Origin: Candidatus Freyarchaeum deiterrae
GTDB lineage: Archaea; Asgardarchaeota; Jordiarchaeia; Jordiarchaeales; Jordiarchaeaceae
Assembly (NCBI GenBank): GCA_037305845.1
Contig: CP147778.1
Coordinates: 3,296,001 to 3,360,000 of the forward strand
Direction of reading: 5' to 3'
DNA length: 64,000 nucleotides
Shown here: piece by piece, positions 39,647 to 48,595 of the stretch
How the letters are laid out: each line of letters starts with the position of its first letter
Numbering within the stretch: position 1 is the stretch's first letter
The notes under the pieces: generated by a model
What the model was told of the DNA's origin: nothing
What the model saw: the letters and a program-made list of their open reading frames with translations, nothing else
Databases searched by the model: none
Program-made: the position numbers and the translations under genes

Positions 39647-39828
39647 CCCCTCTAGGAATTTTAAGCAGTATAAAATGAATCGAAGGAAAAAAAACTAATT
39701 ACCATTCTATAAGTCGTATTCTTTTTCTCTTTCTTCTACTCTTCTATGTTATCTGCCACACTTTTTGGAAGCTTCAGTGTTTCAGTCTATATAACTCAAC
39801 AAGTTTGGAGTATTGAAAACGATTGATT

Positions 39829-40632
39829 TTAAACCTTCTCTTTTGCTCTTTTGCTCCCTTTCGGAGTTAATTGGCAACTCGAATCTTGAACGCTTTTTAC
39901 CATGCTGTTAAGGAAAGGAGTTGAGAAAACTATTTCTGGTCTTGCACCGTTACGTTTTGCTATAGAGTATTGCTTTTCTTCAGCGTAAGGTATTCCCGAA
40001 GCATGCTTCACTATCTGTATGTAGTTTTGTCTTCTATGTTCCCTAAACTCGGTTCTTGTTTTGATCACGGTGTTTGCCAGTGCCTGTATTCTTTTCTCTA
40101 CGCTGTTTTCGGTAACTCCTTGAGATAACATGTAGTATTCTATTGTTTTACACCTCATTGCTTCCTTAATGTTTTTATTAAAGAACTGAATCACCTCATT
40201 TGTTTCAAAGTTTATGAAGAGGGAGCTAAGAGAGTAGAGACAAACTAAAGGGCCCGGAGCATTCTCGTCCGATTTTTGGAACTGTTTGTCTCTCGCCGTC
40301 TTCATGGTAAGAAATATATCAAAGACCTTTGAGCAATTTTCGAGGTAGTATTCGGTTTCATAAACGTTTTTTGGCGAAATACTGTCTATAACCGTAAAAT
40401 TCTCAGAGTGAATAATATCCTCGATCATTTTTGCAAATTGAAGGGAGTCAGGCGATGTTATTACAAGAATGACACTCCCTCCTTGATTGTAGTGGTTTCG
40501 AATTATTTCTGAGAGAATAAAATCATTGCCCGACCCAATATCATCTATAAAAAGAACAACGTCACCTCTACCTATCCCACTATCAAGCATTTGGTCTAAA
40601 TCTTTTAATCCAGTAAACTCATTCGCACCCAT
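39829..40632 (-). CDS. Inactivated KaiC/RAD55-like ATPase-fold protein
   Basis: TGLKDLDQML..GI.RG lead-in; Walker A replaced by DDIGSGND; Walker B region reads LYSLSSL. Confidence 0.7.
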   Translation of the reverse strand: MGANEFTGLKDLDQMLDSGIGRGDVVLFIDDIGSGNDFILSEIIRNHYNQGGSVILVITSPDSLQFAKMIEDIIHSENFTVIDSISPKNVYETEYYLENCSKVFDIFLTMKTARDKQFQKSDENAPGPLVCLYSLSSLFINFETNEVIQFFNKNIKEAMRCKTIEYYMLSQGVTENSVEKRIQALANTVIKTRTEFREHRRQNYIQIVKHASGIPYAEEKQYSIAKRNGARPEIVFSTPFLNSMVKSVQDSSCQLTPKGSKRAKEKV

Positions 40633-41430
40633 TTAATATAACCTTCATTGTAGGTTATTTCCCACTTGCATTGATTAGCATTAATGAGGATAGGTATATT
40701 TTGAAGGGGTTTGGTCTCTAAATCCCCAAAAATAATAAGCTTATTATTTTGAAATTCGAATACTCTCAAGTTATTTGAGTAGAATTATCACATTTATAGA
40801 TGTATATTAAATATTATATATACATTTTGGGTCTTTTGCAACTTTAGTTCCCATTAATGGTGATTATCTGAACTTAACTTGAACATTATGTAAAAAGAAG
40901 GTCTTCTTTTTAAGAAGATTATGTGAATTTAAGCATTAGTCTGCGATTTTATGCGAAGAGTATTCAAAAATGCTATTTGGTAACTAACAAAATTTTTTGG
41001 GATTGCAGAGATGCTTGGAAAAATGTATGTTTTACCGATTTTTCAAGAACATTTGTTCACTATCTTATTTTATATTTTATTTATTGTTCAATTTATGTGC
41101 ATGCTTGTATGAAACAAAACAGCTTTTAAAATTTTGAACTAGTCTAAATATTTGGCTCTAAATTCTCAAACAAACCAAAACAGAATTATTTTCCTCGTAT
41201 TATCTGGTTTTTTTGGAAAATCTTTATAAATGATATTCCAAAATTTTCAAATTTTTGAAGTGCTTTTGGGGTCTATGTTTTTGCGTAGTTTATGGCTCTG
41301 TGTAGGGTATATTTGCGTGGTATTTTGTTCTTATTTTTCTTGGAAAAGGGTTTTGTAAGATTAGTATAGGTAGTTTTTCTTCGCATTTTTTGGCTTTTTC
41401 GTAGTGTCGGTTACATTATATGGTGATAGT

Positions 41431-42840
41431 ATGCCCAAGGGAATCGTTGTTATTAAGTGGGACGATAGAGTTGGTCCTGTGATTCTGGCCAAGCATCCTG
41501 AGAAAATTGGATTTGACATGGATCTAGCTATGAAGGTGTACACTACTCACTTTGCTGGTTCCACTCCACCCTTCTCGGTTTTAGATATTGGAGACTGGCA
41601 CATTGCGAGTTATTATCTTCCAAAAGACAAGTATCTCTTCGCTCTGGTTCTTGATCCCGAAGAACGCGGAGACAAGTATGAGGATAAGCTTTTCGCAGTT
41701 GCAGGTAAGTCCAAGAAACTTATGAAGAAAAAGAGAGGCATTATCGACGATTTACCCAAGCTATACGCCGAGTTGAAGACTGCAGGAGTCACCTTTAAGA
41801 GAAGTGAACTGTACGAAAAACCAGAGATTAAGAAGCTCTTGGAAAAGTTTATGGATAACACTTTGTCTGAGCTTGAACCTACTTTTAACTGGGATGAAGG
41901 ATTTAGATACACTAATGTAGAGAAAATTACAGGTCTCGACCCCATTGACACCAAAGTTTTGCTTGAAACTCTTAGCAGATATAAACTCCTTAACCGGAAA
42001 GCTTTCGATTCCGCTTTAGCCTGCCCTAATTGTGGTTCCTTTAGGATTCGGGTTCGTTACCGTTGCCCTTACTGCTCCTCGTTTAGTATTCAAAAGAGCA
42101 ACTTTATTGAGTGTTTCCTCTGCGGCACAGTCGACACTGAGGAGTTTTTTTCAGGAGTCTACTACGGCGAGCCTGACAAGTACTTCTGTCCAAAATGTGA
42201 GAAAGAGCTTAAGGGCCTGAGTTTGGATTACCGAAAAATACAGGCACAGAACAGGTGCGAAAACTGCAAAAAAATATTCACAGAAGTTAATGTCGCGGTT
42301 CAGTGCACCGAATGCAACCACACCGTTAAACTTGCTTTCACTAAAATAGTTGAAGCACCATTTTACACTCTAAACACGGAATACACTAAAGAAATCAAGA
42401 GACAAATATCAAGCATACAATTAAGACAGATGATCTCCAGCCTCTACAAGAAGAAGGGTTGGAAAGTGGAAGCACCAGGAACAATTGTGGGCAGCGACAA
42501 TGTTACCTACGATTTTCAAGTCGTAGCCGAAATGCCTGACACTCTGGGCAAGGAATTAATTAAAAACATTCTCCCAGGAGGAAAAATCGCGATTGACATT
42601 GTTGAGGACACAGAGGAAGTCAAAAAGGAAAAGATCATGGAATTCGTAGGAAAAAATACGAGCATAGTCCCAGTCCAGTACCTAATAGTAGCTATACCCA
42701 AACTATCAGAAGAGGCGAAACAACTCCTGAAAAAACAGGAAATAATGTTCTGCGAAAAGGAAAGGGCACAAAACGAGGTACCAGCACTAGTTGAAAACAT
42801 AGCATGTATAGATGTTTCAGAACTCGTGCCAGAGAAATAA
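41431..42840 (+). CDS. uDENN/longin-like domain + TackOD1-like six-knuckle Zn domain + C-terminal restriction-endonuclease-fold domain
   Basis: MPKGIVVIKWDDRVGPVILAKHP; GFRY..; CPNC, CPYC, CFLC, CPKC, CENC, CTEC; GWKVEAPG.IVG.D.V.Y.F...KIAIDI. GGTGA RBS before ATG 41431. Confidence 0.78.
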   Translation: MPKGIVVIKWDDRVGPVILAKHPEKIGFDMDLAMKVYTTHFAGSTPPFSVLDIGDWHIASYYLPKDKYLFALVLDPEERGDKYEDKLFAVAGKSKKLMKKKRGIIDDLPKLYAELKTAGVTFKRSELYEKPEIKKLLEKFMDNTLSELEPTFNWDEGFRYTNVEKITGLDPIDTKVLLETLSRYKLLNRKAFDSALACPNCGSFRIRVRYRCPYCSSFSIQKSNFIECFLCGTVDTEEFFSGVYYGEPDKYFCPKCEKELKGLSLDYRKIQAQNRCENCKKIFTEVNVAVQCTECNHTVKLAFTKIVEAPFYTLNTEYTKEIKRQISSIQLRQMISSLYKKKGWKVEAPGTIVGSDNVTYDFQVVAEMPDTLGKELIKNILPGGKIAIDIVEDTEEVKKEKIMEFVGKNTSIVPVQYLIVAIPKLSEEAKQLLKKQEIMFCEKERAQNEVPALVENIACIDVSELVPEK

Positions 42841-43243
42841 AATAAATAAAATGATTATCCAGGAAAACTCCAGCACCAAAAATTCGTGAAAAAAACACCC
42901 CGGCGGTGCAGATTCACCAATCCTTGGTTGAAAAGAGGCCTATTATGACCTCTTTTGAGGAAGACCACCCAATCTGCGTTCCCGTCGGGGTGCAAATGTT
43001 TACTTTTAAATCTCATTTGGAGAGGCCTACTATCGGGGTGGTTAGTAAAAGCATAGGGGGTATAAGAAGAATGGATGGTTGGAAGTGTGTGTGGTGGAAT
43101 AGTGTATCGGTTGTTTTTGTTCACTTGATACTATTTAAGACCAAACCTTCTTCCTCTTTTTCGGTGTGGGTTGCACTGGAGGCTTTTACGTTCAAATTTT
43201 ATGAAGCTAAAATAAAACAAAGTATTAGGGGGAGAAATCGACA

Positions 43244-44224
43244 ATGAAAAAAAGAGGATTCTTAGAGGTCTTGACAATACTACTGCTAACCCCCACATTA
43301 CTTGCGATGACACAACAAGATAAGGGCTTTACGCTTTATCTTTTGCTGGGAGTGGCGATTTGTTCCGTGGTTGTGGCTATAATAGCCGCTAATAGGTTGC
43401 GTATAAAACATGTGATTCCAACTAAAGTTTTGGCTAGTCTTGAAAACATCATTATAGACCATACTCTCAGCGGCGTCACTCTATGGGCGTTTGACTTTCT
43501 AAGAATGAATCAGGACGTAGGACTTCTTTCCGGATTCATGTCCGCCGTGAGATCATTTCTGGACGAGATGAAAGAGGGTGGCCTAAGAAAACTGGAAACT
43601 GAGTCTAGAATGCTTATCAGAGAGAATGGTGATTTTCTGACAGCAACCTGTATCGCCCGTATCAAGACTCCTCAGGAAGAGGAATGGATTAGACAAAGGC
43701 TGCGTAAATTTTTGTTAAACGCTGAACAACAACACCGAAAAAGGCTGGAAAATTGGATGGGCTGTGTCAGGCCTTTCAAAGCCTCATTTATGAGGATCCT
43801 GGCTTCAGTGATTAATCTCGATAAGGCTGAGAAGCTTCAAACGGAGAGGCTTTCCAAGATCCGGAGAGACAAAGAGAGACTCCAAGAGGAGCTTAGAACC
43901 CTGAATTTCCAGCTGGAGAAGCTAAACCAGCAGTTAGGCGTTGAAGAAATAAATGAAAAGGAGTTTGAAGCTAGGAAAAACGAAATAGAACTGAACTATG
44001 AAGACATTCAGAATAATTACGATGAAACTAGTCTCCTCCTATCAAGGGTGCCCTCCACACCAAGGAAAAAACTAATTACAACAGTAGTCACGAGGGAGAC
44101 TAGAAATTATGCAAATCAGACTCCTCTAAACCAAAATGAAAAAAGAAAAATTACAAGTGAAAGAGCGTGGAGGCACCACAAAAACCGGAAACAAAAAAAT
44201 ATTAAAAGTATTTATAACATATAG
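43244..44224 (+). CDS. Ectodomain-less paralogue of the longin-tailed receptor-like proteins
   Basis: MKKRG leader joined directly to MTQQDKGFTLYLLLG TM. The cytoplasmic domain is highly similar to 44274..47156 (LASLENIIIDHT.SGVT.W.FDF..M.QDVGLLSGFMSAV.SFLDEMKEGGLRKLETE). Confidence 0.82.
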   Translation: MKKRGFLEVLTILLLTPTLLAMTQQDKGFTLYLLLGVAICSVVVAIIAANRLRIKHVIPTKVLASLENIIIDHTLSGVTLWAFDFLRMNQDVGLLSGFMSAVRSFLDEMKEGGLRKLETESRMLIRENGDFLTATCIARIKTPQEEEWIRQRLRKFLLNAEQQHRKRLENWMGCVRPFKASFMRILASVINLDKAEKLQTERLSKIRRDKERLQEELRTLNFQLEKLNQQLGVEEINEKEFEARKNEIELNYEDIQNNYDETSLLLSRVPSTPRKKLITTVVTRETRNYANQTPLNQNEKRKITSERAWRHHKNRKQKNIKSIYNI

Positions 44225-44273
44225 TTATACAGGAAAGCATTAAAAATTATCGTGAAATGCGAGACGACCAACA

Positions 44274-47156
44274 ATGAAGAAAAGGGGAATCCTAACAATA
44301 GCAGTGGTCTTTTTTCTAATAATCCTAGCAGTCGGGATGCTTTCAACGTCAAATCCTCCAGCAATATTTCAAAACTATCCCCAAAATAATCCGAAAGCAA
44401 CCATAAAATCATACATCGGAAGCGGCGACCAGTTAAACGCTCTGCTCTACATAGTGAACAACTACAACAGCACTGCGAATGCTACAAGCACAACCTCTAA
44501 CATATACCTTCCCTGCCCTGCCGGTTGGAAAATCGTCTGGACGAACCTGACCCTATCAAACATTTTTGCTCCCAACAGTACCATTGTACCCAACAATGAT
44601 GTTGATAACGCTAGTTTTACACTCGCCACAGGTTCCCCTTACGCGATGTCATTTCAATTAACAAATAACGCATGGCTGGATAACATTAGTGTTCTGCTGA
44701 ACACCGCAAGTTCAAGTGCTAAAGCAAACTTTTACGTTTACAATGCGACAAACAATAGTGGAATACCTCAACCATATTATCGAATTGCTAGCATATTAGG
44801 AGTTTCACTCACAGTTGGAACTATCTGGAAAAATGTTACTTTTCCGCATATATTTTTGGATACTTCAAAAACGTTTGGTAACACCTTCTTTATCGGTGTT
44901 GAACGAAGCAACTCTTATGCTCAGTACTGGAGAGCTGTTAACTATACGACATCACCTTTTCTGGGCTACGGATACGTGTATCAAAACATCTACGGAGTTT
45001 GGGCGTATTTATCGCATTATGATTGCAAACTCAAAGTTAATGTGAGTGCAAGCACAACACCAAACCCTGAGAGTGCCCTGCCCTCAGAAATAGGCTTAAC
45101 CATTAATGGTTCACTAGTTTCAGACATAAGTAAGGGCAGTGGAGTATGGATTAATAGTACAGCAGCTTATGGAATAAATGACTACGTCTTCCAAGATGCG
45201 AATTCAACTTGGATGTCCACCGTACGTTTCTCTTACGTTTGGAACGTCACCTACAACAGAGAAACCAATGCTAGTACTAATTTTGTCGTTAATACTGGTA
45301 GTAACGCTTTTTGGAATATTACAGTTAATGCAACTGGCAATGACGCTTTCCCGTTGACTGCCCATGGCATTAATCACATAAATATCACAGGGATTCCCAT
45401 CTTTTGGGGAGATGAGAGTTCTATGGCGTATAATATGACAGGCGGCAGTTGGATTCCGCTGGATTCTTATCCCCCTGATACTATTAGTTTTCCCGCCGGT
45501 AACGGAACCTGGATCGTGAACTGCACATCTCCTAACCATCAACCTGATATAGACTTCAATGTTGGTGGGGCGCAGGTTGAAAACGCAACCCTTGATGATG
45601 TTCTTAACATTACCGTAAACTTTTACACTCCTGTTGGGGGTACTGCTAATCTTAGTGTATATGACCCTTCTCAAATTCTGAATTATTCAGCTGAAAACAT
45701 TTTAAACTTGGGTACAAGTACTTGGTTTACTTGGAATGTTAGCAATAGTGCTGCATCCACTGGAACGTATAACGTAACCATCCGGTTCAAGTACGGATTA
45801 ATTGTCGGGTATAATGAAACAACTCTCAATATTGTGCCTTTTATAAACGCTACCATCGGTATCAACAGTTTTTCACCAGATATTGAGTATCCTAATAACG
45901 CTTCTGTAATTCTCTACTATAATGACGGAACAGGACAGGGAATAATAGGAGCATTAATTACCGCTCATGATGACACCAAACAATTAAACATTAGTTGGGA
46001 TGATAACAGTGATGGCACCTACAACGTTACAATATACTTCGGTACAGACTTCGGTACCCACCAAGTTTATCTCACCACCAGTAAACGACTTTATGAATCA
46101 AGCACTTCTGACCCAATCTCAATCAATTACGTACCTTCAAACCCAGAACCAATAAACCCTCTATACGCTGCTCTAATTGGATTAATGTCCAATACCATGA
46201 CGGAACAGAATCAAAGCATTACTCTTTATCTCTTAATCGGAACCATTGCGGGATCTGTGATTACGGCGGCAGTGGGAACTGATAGGCTGCGTAGGAAACG
46301 CGAGGTACCAATAAAGGCTTTAGCAAGCCTCGAAAGTATTATTATAGACCACACAATCAGCGGCGTCACAATGTGGGTGTTTGACTTTATAAAAATGGAT
46401 CAGGACGTAGGTCTTCTCTCAGGATTTATGTCCGCGGTCAAATCATTCTTGGATGAAATGAAAGAGGGCGGACTAAGAAAGCTGGAAACGGAATTTAGAA
46501 CCTTCATCAGAGAGAACGGCGAGTTTCTAACAATTACCTGCATCGCTAGCATTGACACTCTACAAGAAGAGGAATGGATTAGACAAAGACTACGCAAATT
46601 TTTACAAGACGCAGAGCAACAGCACCGGGATACGCTCGAAAACTGGATGGGCAATCTCAAACCTTTCAAAACCTCATTCATGGAGATACTGGCTTCAGTA
46701 ATCGATCTCGATAAGGCGGAGAAACTCAAGATGGAAAGAATCACCAAGATACAGAGAGATAGAGAGAGCCTCCAAGCGGAGCTAAACAATTTGAATTCTC
46801 AGATGAAGAATCTAAACAAGCAGTCAAAAGCAGGAGAAATCAGCAAAGAAGAATTTGAAGTCAAAAAAACCGAAATAGAGCTGGAGCACCAAAGTGTTCA
46901 GAGACAATACGAAGAGGTCGACCTCCTTCTATCAAGATTGCCGACCACCCCCGAACAGAAAAAGGCTACAATAGCACCCAATAAGAAGATCGCAAAACAA
47001 ACAGGACAGGCTCCTCTAAATAATAATGGAAACATGGGAATTACAAAAGAAAGAGCTGGAAAACTCGATAAACAACAGAAACAAAAAACGCGTAGAAAAA
47101 TTTCGAAAATAACTAATGATTCTTCTCGGAAAAAACCGAAGAAACTACAAAAATAA
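44274..47156 (+). CDS. Receptor-like membrane protein with cytoplasmic longin-like domain and coiled coil (paralogue of 24053..27268)
   Basis: Shared blocks AMSFQLTNNA.LDNIS, PSEIGLTING, NSTWMSTV.FSY.WN, NHINITG and AGNGTWIVNCT; TM; longin-like domain; GEISKEEFE SHOCT-like motif. Confidence 0.82.
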   Translation: MKKRGILTIAVVFFLIILAVGMLSTSNPPAIFQNYPQNNPKATIKSYIGSGDQLNALLYIVNNYNSTANATSTTSNIYLPCPAGWKIVWTNLTLSNIFAPNSTIVPNNDVDNASFTLATGSPYAMSFQLTNNAWLDNISVLLNTASSSAKANFYVYNATNNSGIPQPYYRIASILGVSLTVGTIWKNVTFPHIFLDTSKTFGNTFFIGVERSNSYAQYWRAVNYTTSPFLGYGYVYQNIYGVWAYLSHYDCKLKVNVSASTTPNPESALPSEIGLTINGSLVSDISKGSGVWINSTAAYGINDYVFQDANSTWMSTVRFSYVWNVTYNRETNASTNFVVNTGSNAFWNITVNATGNDAFPLTAHGINHINITGIPIFWGDESSMAYNMTGGSWIPLDSYPPDTISFPAGNGTWIVNCTSPNHQPDIDFNVGGAQVENATLDDVLNITVNFYTPVGGTANLSVYDPSQILNYSAENILNLGTSTWFTWNVSNSAASTGTYNVTIRFKYGLIVGYNETTLNIVPFINATIGINSFSPDIEYPNNASVILYYNDGTGQGIIGALITAHDDTKQLNISWDDNSDGTYNVTIYFGTDFGTHQVYLTTSKRLYESSTSDPISINYVPSNPEPINPLYAALIGLMSNTMTEQNQSITLYLLIGTIAGSVITAAVGTDRLRRKREVPIKALASLESIIIDHTISGVTMWVFDFIKMDQDVGLLSGFMSAVKSFLDEMKEGGLRKLETEFRTFIRENGEFLTITCIASIDTLQEEEWIRQRLRKFLQDAEQQHRDTLENWMGNLKPFKTSFMEILASVIDLDKAEKLKMERITKIQRDRESLQAELNNLNSQMKNLNKQSKAGEISKEEFEVKKTEIELEHQSVQRQYEEVDLLLSRLPTTPEQKKATIAPNKKIAKQTGQAPLNNNGNMGITKERAGKLDKQQKQKTRRKISKITNDSSRKKPKKLQK

Positions 47157-47269
47157 TAAGCCATCCAAGAATTCAAAAATCCCTTATTTTTAAAATTTTA
47201 CTCACCACTAAAAAGGGGCACAAGCTGGGAAGAGAGAAACAATCATGTAACAAGTAATTTATAATGTAA

Positions 47270-47761
47270 TCATAATTTTACGAATATAAAAGTTACATCA
47301 AATGGCAAGTGGTTAAAATGAACCGTTTCTTTCACGGAAAATCCTAGTTTCTCGTACCATTCTTTAAGTTCTGTATGCTTGGCGATGATGCCAATCTCAA
47401 CACGGTGAGCTTTTTTCTTTAAAGCCTCTTCTAAGACATGCCTTACCAAAGCCTCTCCAAAACCTTTCCTTCGGTATTCTGGCAAAACGGCGAGTCGCTC
47501 AAGATAACTAACTTCAGGCTGAGCTTGTTCCAATGCTACACAGCCACAAGGCTTACCATTGCTTTCCAGTATGTAATATGTGACTCCTTTATCCTGCTCC
47601 TTGCTAATCCATTCTTCTGTACAGTTTGAAGGATGGGTGGGGGAATTTTCGGGTGTGAGGTTGAACCTTTCAGCAACATCTCGAAACGAATTGCGAATAA
47701 TAGTCGTTAAAAGAGAAACATCATCTCTCGTAGCTCCTCTTATTAGCATATTGAAGATCAC
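47270..47761 (-). CDS. GNAT family N-acetyltransferase
   Basis: IR.AT.DD, LERLAVLPEYRRKGFG and WYEKLGF motifs. Confidence 0.92.
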   Translation of the reverse strand: MIFNMLIRGATRDDVSLLTTIIRNSFRDVAERFNLTPENSPTHPSNCTEEWISKEQDKGVTYYILESNGKPCGCVALEQAQPEVSYLERLAVLPEYRRKGFGEALVRHVLEEALKKKAHRVEIGIIAKHTELKEWYEKLGFSVKETVHFNHLPFDVTFIFVKL

Positions 47762-48013
47762 TTTTAGTCGAGTCTTTTCACTAAATTATATCTATAGATG
47801 GGGCAAAAATATGATATGTTTTCCGCAACATATTATCATTTAGCCTTTTTTCTTAATCTCGAATCCTTGAATCAGCACCTAGTCCTAATATTAATGTAAT
47901 AAAGAAAGGTATTAAGGCTCGACTGAACTCTTAATTATTGATGCCTATAAACTATTCTTGTTTCGATACCGTGAGTTAGAGATTCTCTGATTATTTTAAG
48001 GAGGCGAATAAGT

Positions 48014-48454
48014 ATGGCTGAAGAGAAAACGCGTTTGGTTAAAGCGACTGCGAGTTGGAAAGGTGGAGGTCTTCAGGGCAAGATAGACTATCTTAACGGC
48101 GTAAAACTGGATTTTGTTGCCCCAGCCCCATTAGGGCCCCGAACGGATATGATAACACCGGAGGGAAGCCTCGTGGCTGCTCTCTGCATGTGTTATGAAC
48201 TTACTCTAGTATTCTTCCTCCAGAGCATGAAAATCGAAGTATCCGAATTGGAGGTCAGAGGCGTGGGAGATGCACCGGGAGATGTAGGCCCGGGAAAGGG
48301 ATTCAAGAAAATCGAGCTAAAACCAGTATTTAAGGTTAAGAAAGCGGATAAAGATAAGGCACTCAAGGCAGTGAATCAGGCAAAAGACTATTGCCTAGTA
48401 GCTAACTCCTTAAAAGCACCCATCACGCTCGCACCAGAAATTAATACCATATAG
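48014..48454 (+). CDS. OsmC/Ohr family protein
   Basis: TPE..LVAALCMCY and AKDYCLVANSL motifs (two conserved Cys regions). Confidence 0.88.
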   Translation: MAEEKTRLVKATASWKGGGLQGKIDYLNGVKLDFVAPAPLGPRTDMITPEGSLVAALCMCYELTLVFFLQSMKIEVSELEVRGVGDAPGDVGPGKGFKKIELKPVFKVKKADKDKALKAVNQAKDYCLVANSLKAPITLAPEINTI

Positions 48455-48595
48455 CCAGGTGAACAAAAAATTCCCGAGTAACTTCTTCTCTCATACTTTC
48501 TTTTTCAAAGAAAAAAAATAATTTAAACAGCTAAATGTCTTATTCTTCTTCTTTTTAAGAGCATTCCCAAAATATAAAAAAGAAAGGAAGATTTT

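Noticed and set aside
42855-43313. ORFs 42855..43124, 42906..43247 and 43131..43313
   Set aside because: They overlap one another, have biased composition and no motifs; probably intergenic.
43244-47156. Longin R-SNARE homologues
   Set aside because: Domain order is TM-longin-coil, the reverse of longin-SNARE-TM, and the coil looks SHOCT-like.
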